The translations under genes and the position numbers were made by a program. The notes beneath the pieces are model-generated. The model saw nothing but the letters and a program-made list of their open reading frames with translations. It had not been told where the DNA came from and did no database searches. DNA of 63,808 nt, the filler included, from Octopus bimaculoides (lineage: Eukaryota), in assembly GCF_001194135.2 (NCBI RefSeq). It is 5 parts of 5 records of this genome, joined end to end, with 100 filler letters (N's around TTAATTAATTAA, not from the genome) between each part and the next. Parts side by side here need not be neighbours in the genome. Positions count along the whole stretch, not along the records: positions 20,253 to 46,960 come from NC_068981.1; positions 47,061 to 51,206 come from NW_026407744.1; 3 more parts are not named here. One strand, given 5' to 3'. This document shows, one piece after another, positions 36,501 through 48,976 of this stretch; the first letter of the stretch is position 1, and each line of letters begins with the position of its first letter.

Positions 36501-38383
36501 ATANNNNNNNNNNNNNNNNNNNNNNNNNNNNNNNNNNNNNNNNNNNNNNNNNNNNNNNNNNNNNNNNNNNNNNNNNNNNNNNNNNNNNNNNNNNNNNNNN
36601 NNNNNNNNNNNNNNNNNNNNNNNNNNNNNNNNNNNNNNNNNNNNNNNNNNNNNNNNNNNNNNNNNNNNNNNNNNNNNNNNNNNNNNNNNNNNNNNNNNNN
36701 NNNNNNNNNNNNNNNNNNNNNNNNNNNNNNNNNNNNNNNNNNNNNNNNNNNNNNNNNNNNNNNNNNNNNNNNNNNNNNNNNNNNNNNNNNNNNNNNNNNN
36801 NNNNNNNNNNNNNNNNNNNNNNNNNNNNNNNNNNNNNNNNNNNNNNNNNNNNNNNNNNNNNNNNNNNNNNNNNNNNNNNNNNNNNNNNNNNNNNNNNNNN
36901 NNNNNNNNNNNNNNNNNNNNNNNNNNNNNNNNNNNNNNNNNNNNNNNNNNNNNNNNNNNNNNNNNNNNNNNNNNNNNNNNNNNNNNNNNNNNNNNNNNNN
37001 NNNNNNNNNNNNNNNNNNNNNNNNNNNNNNNNNNNNNNNNNNNNNNNNNNNNNNNNNNNNNNNNNNNNNNNNNNNNNNNNNNNNNNNNNNNNNNNNNNNN
37101 NNNNNNNNNNNNNNNNNNNNNNNNNNNNNNNNNNNNNNNNNNNNNNNACAATATAGTGTATATATTCTTAATTACCAATTACCAAAACCAAAAAGAAATA
37201 GAGAAAAAATATCAGACACAATACACACACACACGCATACACACAAAACAGCACATACACACAAACCGACACATACACACAAGACAATGATTCCAAACTG
37301 GAAATGGTCCCTTAGCATTTCCTTTTTATTTCCTGTTGATTTTATATCAGAATCAGTATTAATTCTGAACAGGTGAAAACGAAAGAATGTGTTTTGCTTC
37401 AACTCATTTTTTTTTTTTTGGTATAGTTGATATACGTACTTACCTTCTTACATACACACACATCTATATATACGTACATATCAAATATATCGTTATATCA
37501 TCTTCAATGTAGAGATAGATACACAAAAACATGCATATATACACTGTAGCTGAAGACTTTCATTTAAGCAAACTTCCTATTGTTTCAAGATGGCGAACCT
37601 TCTAGCAGTAAGAGAATTAGTTACAAATATTTTTCTTTAATTTTCTAATACCTAACGACACCCATATATTTTTACTGCTTCTACTCCCATTATATATATC
37701 TATCTATCTATCTATCTATTTGTATGCATGTATTGACATACATATATGTATATGTATATGCATCTATATTGCTCTATATATATATATATATATATANNNN
37801 NNNNNNNNNNNNNNNNNNNNNNNNNNNNNNNNNNNNNNNNNNNNNNNNNNNNNNNNNNNNNNNNNNNNNNNNNNNNNNNNNNNNNNNNNNNNNNNNNNNN
37901 NNNNNNNNNNNNNNNNNNNNNNNNNNNNNNNNNNNNNNNNNNNNNNNNNNNNNTATATATGCATTTATCTTTCTAGCTCTCTATCAATCTTATATTCATT
38001 GTGAATGTTAAACCTTTAGCCTATTCTCCTGTTAAGCTTCCGCTTAAATTCTCTTTCTCTAATAACTTACCTTTCTTCACTCTCTCAGTTTTCTTCATTC
38101 AATATTCTTTATTCCCTCTAAATGCCTGCATTTTCTTCTTTTCTGCTATTAATTATATTTTCTTACGATTTACATAATCATAAACTCATACATTCTCTTT
38201 CGTGAATGTATATTTTTTTCAACATACACTCGTATTCTCGCGCACTTTTACACAAAGTTCTCGCATAAACACCATCACACAGTGACTCTTATTTATGAAG
38301 CTATTTATCTGTCTCTTTGTCTGTCTGTCGGCCTATCTCCTGGTCTTTCTATCAGTCGACTGATCTTTTATTCGAGCTGGCAG

Positions 38384-38595
38384 AAGGCGGCGAGTAGGCA
38401 GAATCGTTAGCACGCGAGACGAAATGCTAAGCGGTATTTCATCCGTCGCTTCGTTCTGAGTTCAAACTCCGACGAGGACGACTTTACTTTTCATTCTTTC
38501 GGGGTCGATAAATTAAGTACCAGTTAAACACTGGTCGACGTAATTGCCGCATCACCTCATCAAAATGGCTGCCCTTGTGGCAAAATTTGAAACCA
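38384..38595 (+). mobile_element. SINE family B (AAGGCGGCGAGCTGGCAGAATCGTTAGCAC...)
   Basis: Recurs at about 2999-3082(-), 25020-25200(+), 29560-29680(+), 32540-32760(-), 34700-34880(-), 35625-35830(-), 44040-44225(+) and 47095-47530(-, tandem dimer). Confidence 0.8.
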
Positions 38596-38654
38596 TAATA
38601 ATAATAACAATAATAATTATCATTATTATTATCAATATTATTATTATTATTACT

Positions 38655-39400
38655 GTTATTGTCTTTGCACAGCTTGTAACGCTGGAGATGTAATACGGTG
38701 TCAGCTATTCACTACCAGTGAACTAAAGTAATAACCCGTATTTTCCGAGCACCATCCAGGGTATTCGAGCGTTTCCAAGAAGTGCTGTTTTCTGAAAGTG
38801 TTCCACTCGTATTGCAGCCCGTATTTGTTCCATGTACTTTTCAAGAATTTTCCTCACTGTTCCCAGGGCTTCGACTACCACCTTTTTCAGCGACCACAAC
38901 TGCTTAACCTCCCAAGCTAACTTGTCATACCTATCGACTTTTCTTTCTTCAATATCGCATACCTTGTTATCAGCTGGGCATGCTATATCTATGATCCAGT
39001 ATTATTTGCTTTCTTCCTCAATTAACATTATGTCTGGTTTCCTATTCTATATCTCATGGTTGCACCGAATCATAAAATCCCATAGGATATTTGCATTATG
39101 CTTTTCGACGTTACCTTTGGGTTTATATTCGTCCCACTTTTCTACTCTCTCAAGTCCATACTTGTTGCAAAGTGTTCAATGGACAATTCTGACTATGGTG
39201 TCATTACGTCTCTTGTATCCTCTCTCGACTAGGGGCGTATATTGACTGATTATATACCATACGGTTTCACCATTTTGTCCACAAATTCTGCACTTTTCAC
39301 TTTCTGATGTGTTGTCTATTCTGTATTTGATGTAATTGATTCTGTCTATTCTGTATTTGATGTAATTGATTCTGTCTATTCTGTATATGATGTAATTGCT
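38655..39400 (-). mobile_element. R4/Dong-like LINE 3' end, copy A (CCHC knuckle plus REL)
   Basis: KCRICGQNGETVWYII..EY...KRRND...HW.LCNKYGL...NILWDFMIRCNHEI.NRKPDIMLIEEES..WIIDIACPADNKV...KVDRYDKLAWEVKQLWSLKK...ALGTV. The tail abuts a TTA-rich tract at 38615-38660. Confidence 0.85.
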
Positions 39401-39403
39401 TCA

Positions 39404-39815
39404 TTATTATTATTCAATAGTTTTATTTTTATAACGTGCTTTCACTTCACTACCGAGCGCAGCTCTGTGTGCCTTGGGTATGTGCTGTGGTTTGCTGTGA
39501 TGCTCTTATGGTTACTGTATTGAAAGTGTTTTGCGTAGGATGTGTGCAGTGCTCAGTCGTGCAATTTTTTTGTATGTTATATATATTTGTAAGTCCTGAT
39601 GTTTTTGCTATGTATTTGTCTGAATATGTTTTTTATTATTCTTAAGGCGCCTACTATGATAAGAATTGTTTCTGTTTTTAGATTCCACATTCGAGTTACC
39701 TCTATTTCCAGGTCTTTGTATTTTGAAAGTTTCTCCATTTCTTTTAAGGAAACGTTGTCATCTGCTGGTATTGATACATCAATTAGAAAGCATTTTTTCC
39801 TTCATGATCTTTGAC
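39404..39815 (-). mobile_element. R4/Dong-like LINE 3' end, copy B
   Basis: KCFLIDVSIPADDNVSLKE.EKLSKYKDLEIEVTRMWNLKTETI.IIVGAL...IQKIA.LSTAHILRKTLSIQ*, then 3' UTR and an (AAT)n tail. Confidence 0.85.
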
Positions 39816-39820
39816 AACTA

Positions 39821-39825
<5 letters not shown>

Positions 39826-39881
<56 letters not shown>

Positions 39882-40095
39882 GTGCTTTCACTGTACTACC
39901 GAGCTCAGGTCTATGAGCACTGGGCATGTACTGTGGTTTGTCTTGGTGCTATTATTTTCAATGCATTGAAAGTGCTTTACGTAGGATGTGTGCGGTGCCT
40001 AATAGTGTTATTTTCTGTATGTTATACACATTCGTAAGTCCGGATATTTTGCTTATGTATTTGTCTGAATATTTTTATTATTCTTTTTATTTCAG
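39826..40095 (-). mobile_element. R4/Dong-like LINE 3' end, copy C (same family as B, diverged) with an (AAT)n tail at 39826-39879
   Basis: Aligns by eye with 39430-39640; YSDKYISKISGLTNVYNIQKITLLGTAHILRKALS. Confidence 0.8.
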
Positions 40096-40099
40096 GTTT

Positions 40100-41025
40100 T
40101 GTTGTAACTTCTGGAATCTTGGATGCGTAGCGAGCTTACTTGCTGGAGCCTACGGTCCAATGGTGTCTGTTCTTTTTAATTACCTTCCTGATTATTCTAA
40201 TCGTGCCAGGGAGGCAAAGCTTTTGTAACAGTTTTACTGGGCATTCTGTCTCGATTTCCTTTATATTCCCCTTGATGCCTTCTGCGACTGTCCCGAAGGA
40301 CTCAACAATAATTGGCACTATCTTCAACTTCTCTATTTTCCGTAGCCGGGATATTTCGTACATAAGAAAATTGTGTATATCTGCATTTTCGTCTTACTTC
40401 TTGGACTATTCGTGGCTCAAAGGCGCACGCAACATTGCCTATATATCATATGTGGTCCATCTTGTCCACCATCACTAAATCCCGTCTGTTATGCTCTAGC
40501 ACCTGATCTGTTTGGTTTGGAAAATTCCAGAGCATTTTGCAGTGTCCGACTTCGCCACTCTCTGTGGCTTGTGCTTAAACCACGTCTTGCCTCTCTCTTG
40601 TCCCCACTTTTCGGACAGTTTCGAATGTAGCACGTTCTCTACTTGATCGTGTCACCATAACTTATAGTGGTTTCGGACAAGTCTCGGGCGGGCATTCGTT
40701 TGCGATATGGGCAATGGTTTCATCCACTCTATTATAAATATGGCACAGTAGAGACATTTGCTCATTCCTAAGGTTGACCCTTCAATTCCTGGTCAAACCT
40801 TGGTCTTGTGCTGCCAGTATATTGCTTTTGGTCTCTTTTTTCAGTGTTCCTTTCTTCAGCCAATCCCACCTATGTTTTCCAGCAACATCAATTGTGGCTA
40901 CATGGCAATGATTGTGTAGTCCCATGTTGCGTAATGCTTCTTCATGCTCTTTATGTACTTCTTCCTTTGTAGTCTCCTTTTTATCTGCTTTCAATATTCC
41001 CTCATTCCTAACTGATACTAGCAAT
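40100..41025 (-). mobile_element. R4/Dong-like LINE 3' portion, copy D (thumb, CCHC and REL; same family as 14290-14825)
   Basis: WDWLKKGTLKKETKSNILAAQDQGL; DETIAHIANECP; MLWNFPNQTDQVLEHNRRDLV.VDK; LKIVPIIVESFGTV...LLQKLCLPGT.RIIRKV. Confidence 0.85.
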
Positions 41026-41205
41026 ATTTCATTACTTTAGAATAGGTGTCTTAAGAAGCTCCATATATATATATATATATATATGCAAGCATATTACAAT
41101 GGATAATACTAAGTGGACTTTTCCTTTTTCTCTCTCCTTTTTCTCTCTCTTTTTCTTTTCTTTTTGTGACTTTTTCTTTGTGATGTAATCTTGGGACTGA
41201 AAATG

Positions 41206-41310
41206 TTTGCGGCTGAAGATAGTTTTAAACCATCCTTTCTATCAATTATATACTCATATAATGATGCTACGACTGTTTGTGTATAAAGCTTGAAACACGT
41301 GTACAGCGGA
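41206..41310 (+). ncRNA. Type I hammerhead ribozyme motif with extended stem II
   Basis: TTTGCGG, CTGAAGA (41213-41219), T, AGTTTTA (41221-41227) pairing with TAAAGCT (41284-41290), T, GAAAC (41292-41296), palindromic loop ACGT, GTA (41301-41303), CAGCGGA (6 of 7 stem I pairs). Confidence 0.7.
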
Positions 41311-41357
41311 ATACTTTGTGTTCTGTTTTCATTTTACGTTTTAATATATTATATATG

Positions 41358-41419
<62 letters not shown>

Positions 41420-41421
41420 GT

Positions 41422-41518
41422 TGTACGACAATCGTTTCGATCCATCCTGCAACTGTCCTTTATAGATAAAGGAGGGTGGTTGTGCATCAATCCTGCGGTC
41501 TACGTCACATCAGGTACA
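41422..41518 (-). ncRNA. Type I hammerhead-like motif with extended stem II (A9 mutated to U)
   Basis: Minus strand: TGTAC, CTGATGT (41513-41507), G...C, GAAAC (41438-41434), GATT, GTC (41429-41427), GTACA (5 of 5 stem I pairs). Internal perfect hairpin TCCTTTAT/ATAAAGGA at 41456-41473. Confidence 0.55.
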
Positions 41519-41898
41519 TTCATACATAAAATGGTGTCTCGCTACAGATAATGATGTTGGGAAGTCATGTTATTTGCCCGCTTCATTTAGGGAATGAGGT
41601 ATTGCTACGACAGTCTTTATTGTTATTTCATTTTGATGTATATTTTATTATTTTTTAAATCTCTTATGGATAGTTCACAATAAAGACAATCGTAGCAATT
41701 CCGCATTTCCTAAATGAAGCGGAGAAATAACAACATGACTTCCCAAACTCAATATCTTTAGTGAAACACCACTTTTTGTATTGAATGTACCTGGTGTCTC
41801 CCAGATTGCAAGATCGATGCAACATAGTATAATGCACAGATGTATATATGTATGTATGTATGTATGTATGTGTGTACGTACGTACGTACGTACGTATG

Positions 41899-41931
<33 letters not shown>

Positions 41932-42520
41932 GCATCTGTATTGTTCTATATACATACATATATATATATATATAAATATATATATATATATGCTACTCTC
42001 GCACCGCTCTGAAAATTAAACGAAATTACTAGGCATGAATTTTATAACTCCATTGGCAGAAAATGTGAGAACTACTTGAATAGTGCTCAGCTTAGACTTT
42101 GAACCGATACAGTTTAGCTTCTTTAAACTAGTGCATAGAAAATAGGACTCATTATACCTGGTTTGTCTAACTTATTTAGTAGCGAATTGTTAATAATGTT
42201 GATTCGTAGTAAACTATACATCGCACATCGCTTTTAGATGAATCAAAATATCATTTTAATAAGAATACACTGTTAGACCCCCATTGAAATGTAAAGTAAC
42301 ACGCAGGAGTTTTATTTCTCTGTAAGCTGAAAAGTTGAGATTGGTCTCCTAAGTTTTTAATCTTAGAACTACATAAAAAATAACATTTATCGTAAACCAC
42401 GGAGGAAAGAGTAGCTGTTAGCTTATTTATCGTGTGTATAGAGACTAGAAATCACTTAAATTGTTCGGAAAAGTTTCCGTGATGGCGAAAGCACTAATAT
42501 GCGTCATACGAAAACGTATA

Positions 42521-42570
42521 GTGTCGCTGAAGAGGTCACAGATGTGTAACGAAAGATTTCCGTACAAAAT
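42521..42570 (+). ncRNA. Decayed hammerhead-like motif
   Basis: CTGAAGA (42527-42533), GGTCACA-GA-TGTGTAAC, GAAA, GATTTCC, GTA. Stems I and III are poorly paired. Confidence 0.3.
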
Positions 42571-42800
42571 AATAAAATAAGAACAGTAATAAACGAGTGA
42601 AGAAAAAATATATCGGGCGTGTGTTTATTTGGCAAAAAGAAAATGGCCGTCCCGAAATACAACAATATCTGTTTCAACACACGATTTCACATCAGGAATC
42701 TTGCAAAACGAATTGATAAACCTAATTTTTAATGTTGGTGATACATATATATATATAGGTATGTGCGTGTATATATGTGTCTGTGCTTGTTGCTTGTGTG

Positions 42801-42880
<80 letters not shown>

Positions 42881-44229
42881 AAAATAAGCTAGAAAGATAG
42901 ACAAACAGATAGTTAGACAGATAAATAGAAATACTTGTACGCATGTGTGTGTGTGGTGTTTGCATATGAATATATGAGTTTGTATATATGTGTATATGTG
43001 TATGTTCGTGTGTAATTCGTTATTGAAATTCCGCCGGGCTGACGGAATTTGAAGTCTGAACTGATAGGGAATCTAATCCATTTAGTCCTATGCTTCTATT
43101 TTCTTAGCCACCAACACAATACACCGGGGCGACACGAAACTGAAATGCATTCACACGTTAGCTCGGGTGGCAATTGTGTCAAATCGATAAAAAAAAAATA
43201 TGCAAAAAATACGTAAGTATAATCACCGTGTCTCCTACGACGATCAGAAAAATCACCAACAACGCCGTCATTATCATTATCGTCATCATCATCATATCAG
43301 CATCATCACCAACATTACCACCACCGAACCACTACTCCCGCCTCCTCAAACATCACTTATATCATCACCAGCATCATCATTTTGACATATATTATCATCA
43401 CCGCGATACTCATGATCAGTTGTCGTCGATATGTCTGCAGGATACTAATTTAATATGAGGCATGATACTTTTGCGAAAATACAGACAAGAAATAAAACAT
43501 AGAAGCAAAACAAAACAAAACGTATATATATATATTTATATATACGTACATTATGTCATCCGTAGGATGTATTGTCTTGACGGAAATACAAAAATGAATG
43601 CATTCATATTAACACATTATGAATGTACTTGTACTCTGAAAAATAATTAGTGTCTCACAATGGCCATAGATTACCGCGAAAAGGGAAACGTCTTGCGACT
43701 GTCGTGCTTTTTATAACTATATATTTGACATTGTTGAAGGAAAATAACAAGAAGATTTGAAACCGTATTGTTGAATTGGCTCAGTGGTATGCTCAAAGGC
43801 AATGCCTTCTATATAAAGCAAAACAAACTACGTCGTTTGATATAAACCTGAATATAATAAGGCTTGGAAAGCCTTATTATATTCAGGTTTGAATGGGAAT
43901 GGGAACTAAAAGCGTTTTTATTCTGTCAACAGGAAATGAGTAGCTAGAGAATTGACTGTCGTAACCAGGTTTCGAACTCTGCTCATTAAGAGATTAACTT
44001 TGAATAATTAGAAATAACGATTTTATACATTGATATTGTAAGGTGGTGAACTGGGAATATCGTTAGTACATGGGTTAAAATGCTTAGCGTTGTTTCTTCT
44101 GAATCTTCCTGCCTTAAGTTCAAATCTCGCCGAAGTCAACTTTATCATCCCTTAGTGACCGATAAAGTAAATTACCAGTCAAGTACTGGGTTGATGTAAT
44201 CGATTTGTCTTCTGTCCTTAAATTGCAGA

Positions 44230-44960
44230 AGACAATTTGCTCTTCTTTACTCTTTCTCTGTGAGATATCTAATCTTCTGGTGACTACTATCCTTCCTGCA
44301 TAGATCGATAAATCTGTGACTCCCATATTTTTAGTATCTATCCCACTGATAACAGAATCTACTTTCCTGGTCATTTCTAGCAACTTCCTTCTGTTGGTGC
44401 CCTTTAATACCGGCAATCTTTTTCTTACTTCTTTACTCTTCCTGCAACTCATCTCAAATCTTCTGATCTTCCTCCCTTAAATCACTTAAGTCGTTGGTGC
44501 CAGTTGTCCCTTCCTTATTGGTAATGCTATTATCATTTTTGTTTTCCTTTAGATTCTTCCTTGGTTTGAGTTGTATCTCTTATGTTGTTCTCTGTCTTTC
44601 CTACTGCCTGGTCTTTCTTTACCAGTTCTCTTGTGATCTATTCTACCTCCAATTCTGTCATCCACTTTCTTCTCCTAATCGCATTAGCTTGATCAACTAA
44701 TCTCTGCTCAGTCACTTGAAACATACCCTTCTCTACCCAAACTGTTAACATCCGTTTTCTATAGTCCCTTCTTTTAGGTTCACTTTCTAAGTACCACTGC
44801 TTCATTATCCTGTTTTCTTCTCTGGTCCACTTCCTCCTCCTTGCTCTATTATCTGCTGATGCTGTATTAGGATAACAGTAGTGGTCAGTCTGGACCTTTA
44901 CTGAATCACTGCCGGGCGAGAGGCCTTCCCTTAATCGTCAAGCATCATTTTCGCTGTTAC
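44230..44960 (-). mobile_element. R4/Dong-like LINE N-terminal (Myb-like) fragment
   Basis: RRKWTREENRIMKQWYLESEPKRRDYRKRMLTVWVEKGMFQVTEQRLVDQANAIRRRKWMTELE and RKRLPVLKGTNRRKLLEMTRKVDSVI...IYAG.IVV..RL. Confidence 0.8.
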
Positions 44961-45857
44961 AACAAGAGTTTCTTCAGAAACTCCTATCTCCCATATTATT
45001 TCCCACTATTATTTTTGGAAATCTGATAGTTTCAGGCAACTTTTTATTGCATCATTTGTTGCATCTTTGTGCTGGTAGGGTGGAGCATGCTTCATTTAAT
45101 TTTGGTGGGGGTGGGTATTGTATTGTATCAGTACGTTTTGTTATGGAGTCTGGTTTGGCACTTCTGTTGTATTAGCTTTTGTAATGTATTGTTTGTGTAG
45201 CGCTGGTTTTGTTCTATCGGGTCTTCTATGGCACATGTTGTGGGTTTTGCTCATATTGTTGGATATTAACAGTATGAGTTTATTCTTGTATGTTTTCTTT
45301 TTGTGGCGTGTTGCATAGTGGATTGTGTAAATTATACTATTCAACCATTTCATAGCATTTAGGATTATCGGTCCGCCGTTCTTCCTCTTTTGGTTGGTTT
45401 TGCTATGGGCTTTCCGTTTTCACGGCGTTTACTTTTTCACTGAACACCGCCGATGGACATGTGTTGATGTTTCTTTCGTAGTTACAATTATAATCATAAT
45501 CATTATTGATGCATCACCGAGAGACCGAGAATAAATAGGAATGTGCATGAATAAAGAAGTCTTGTATAAATATAGATGTATAAGTAGCTGAAATGTAAAA
45601 TTGAAAATTTTACACAACAGGCTTGCAGTTTTCGTATAGAAATGTGTTTACATTTTTATGCTCATGTTGTAACGATTCATATGATATTTTTTGTATATAT
45701 ATTTACATCATATCAGCAAAATCTTTCTGTTTCCTGAAATGGCTTACATTTAGACATAGTTGCGGTTTTTTAATTTCTCCTTTGTGATGGTTTCAGATTT
45801 GATCTATCTTCCCAGCAGCTCGCTTTCACACGTCCATGCTGTTTGGTATTCGTTGCG

Positions 45858-45928
<71 letters not shown>

Positions 45929-46474
45929 AAGACTAAGTCATTAAGCAATACAATATAGACAGGACGCCCGAAGAGAATTCATTTCAGATGTTCGACATCA
46001 TACCACTGACAATTTAATTAATACGATGTATCTTATCTTATAAGCATCCTGTCTTGAAACCATTGCATAAAGACGAAATTCGACGGTATATATACGTTGC
46101 TTGCCTTGATTTCATTCATTTGTTACAAAGCAAACACTACTTCCCATTTCTTTGTCAATGATATTTTCTATGTATGTATATATTCATGCTATATGGGAAT
46201 GAATGCTGAATGCTCTTTCTAAGCTATTCACGGAAGCTAATTTATTATAGTATTCAGTGCCTGCCTAAATACCATCTATAAGAATGCGATCAATTTTGAC
46301 AATTAAAGGAAGACTGGAAGAAGAAAAAGAAGGAGAAAAAAGAAGAAGAAGATGATGATGAAGAAGAAAGCAACAACAATTAATATTATTGCACTATAGC
46401 ATGGATAATCAACGAGACGTTTCATACATACGTATGCGCGCGCGCGCACATGTACATATGCGTGTGTATAGATG

Positions 46475-46521
<47 letters not shown>

Positions 46522-46531
46522 ATATATATGA

Positions 46532-46579
<48 letters not shown>

Positions 46580-47094
46580 ACACACACACATACACAGATA
46601 CGTATGGACTTAAAAGCACATACAGACTTGCACGCATATGTGTGCGTGTTTCCTAAATTCAGAAATTGTGATTTAAGCTATTAAAATATTGACCGAAATG
46701 TGCAGTGAAGCCTAAATCAACATTAGTTCCGGTGGCTTCCGTTTTCTTTGCAAGACTCTACACTACTGGAAGTGGGAAGTCTTGACTGACAAAATGACGA
46801 GACTAGACATTGTGGAAAATATATTTTGCGTAGACAGCCATATACATACATACATACATACATACATACATACATACATACATACATACATACATACTTA
46901 CATACATACATGCATGCATGCATATATACAACCATACATATATACGTATGTGTATGTATANNNNNNNNNNNNNNNNNNNNNNNNNNNNNNNNNNNNNNNN
47001 NNNNTTAATTAATTAANNNNNNNNNNNNNNNNNNNNNNNNNNNNNNNNNNNNNNNNNNNNCAATTTAGGGCTTTAATCCCAGAGTAGAAAAGAA

Positions 47095-47530
47095 CCTTTT
47101 TTTTACTATAGGCACAAGGACTGAAATTTTAGGGGAATGGTTAAGACGATGACAACAACCCTCGGTGCTCAAGTGGTACTTATTTCATCGAGCGTGAAAG
47201 GATGAACTATACAGTCGACATCGGCGGAATGTGAACTCAGAGCGTACAGACGGATGAAATGCCGCTAAGCATTTTATCCGGTGTGCTAACGATTCTGCCA
47301 GCTCACGCCCTTTGATAACGTCTTGATAATGGTTTCAAGATTTGACTCAAGACCAACAAGTTCCGGGTAGGAGTTAAGTCGATTACATCGACTCCAGTCC
47401 GCAACTGATACTTATTTCATCGACCCTAAACTGCACGTTTAACATCGGCGGAATTTGAACTCAGAACCTAAAAACGGATGAAATGCCGCTAAGCATTTTG
47501 TCCGGCGTGCTAACGATTCTGACAGCTCGC
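47095..47530 (-). mobile_element. Tandem dimer of SINE family B
   Basis: Two consecutive units of about 240 bp, each ending GATGAAATGCCGCTAAGCATTTT.TCCGG.GTGCTAACGATTCTG.CAGCTC. Confidence 0.8.
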
Positions 47531-48384
47531 CGCCTCAATAACGTCTTAATAATACTCAGTATGTCTAGTGAATTCGTTTTCAATTATTATCTAAAATCTT
47601 CATTTAAATAATATTACTGAAACTATACTCCTTTATATTTTCAGCATTCTTAGAGGGAGTTTATGCCTGCTAATTGCCTGGATACTCTCAAAAAAAAAAA
47701 AAAAATACACTCACAATATTACATATCCAAAAGACTGCCGCATTTTGTATTCAATATTCACAGTGCCCCTCGGTTATATTTGGCCTTCGGCCGCGTAGTA
47801 TACATAATAGGGTCTAATTATTGATACAATCCAATCAATTCTCAGTATTTATTCTGTATATTAATTATAAAGTGATTAACGATTGAACATTTAAACAGCT
47901 ATCCTACTCATTATAACATATATCCTTATATTACAGACACGGAAGCATTCGCTGTCATTACAAATCTATATCTTTCTTTATCGTTGGCCACTTTCTTTCA
48001 TTTTCTCTCTGTCACTTTTTCTTTCTCTCTCTCTCTCTCTCGTTCCCTTTCTCGTTCCCTTTCTCGCTCTCTCTGCTTAAGATATTTTCTCCACATATTT
48101 ATTCCGCAGTGATTTGAATTAAACCTTAACCCCTCGCATCTCAACCAGTCAACCTAATTCTTTATTCAAGAGAATTTTATAAAAGTCATCGTTATGTCAG
48201 TTTTCTTCAGCAGACAAAAATATGACCGAAGGCTAAAATACCTCAGGGTTGCGGAGCGGGGGCGGAAATGTGTGTGTGTGTGTGTGTTGTGGGGGCTCAT
48301 TCTGCATACTAAATATTAATACGCTGCGTTCACACGTGTAATATGTGAGATCAGTTGAGTTTATACAAATAGTTATCATCTTTT

Positions 48385-48770
48385 CAATTTTTTTAAAAGT
48401 CATTGGACTGCGGCCATACTGGAGCATTGCCTTGAAGGGTTTTACTGAACAAATCTACTCCAGTATTTGTGTTTTTTTTTTATTAAGCCTGATACATTTT
48501 CTATCCGTCTCTAAGTTATGGGGATATAAACCAACACCGGTTGCCAAGCGGTGAAGGGTTGGCGGACAAACACAGACGTACCCACATAGACACGCACCCC
48601 TCCCCCACACACGACGGTCTTCTTTCAGTTTCCGTCTATCAAATCCACTCACAGGGCTTTGGTCGGCCTGTCGCCATATTAGAAGACACTTGCCCGAAGT
48701 ACCATACAGTGGATCTGAACAGGGAACCATGTGGTTGGGTAATGAACTTCTTACCACGCAGCTATGCATG
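48385..48770 (-). mobile_element. Near full-length SINE family A
   Basis: Reverse complement of the family A head and body, plus the tail ...CCAGTATGGCCGCAGTCCAATGAC. Confidence 0.8.
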
Positions 48771-48976
48771 TAGCAGACAAAAGTTCATTGTAATTGTATG
48801 GATACTTAAAATGTAAAAGCAACAAACAAGGGAGATAAATTCAGTAAGGTCAGTTGATAGAAATTTTTGGACAATATAGGCAATATAGACTGTAGTGTTT
48901 CACATATTATAAAGTAATTGATGAACGCAGATTTTACATAGATGAGAGTCTATTGTATTAAGGTAGTAATTTTGCA

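Noticed and set aside
37545-37595. HHR-like CTGAAGA-CTT...AAG-CAAAC
   Set aside because: G12 is absent and stem I is unpaired; not distinguishable from chance.
39310-39400. 30-bp triple repeat (RINYIKYRID) as a novel repeat protein
   Set aside because: It is a local slippage duplication at the truncated 5' end of R4-like copy A.
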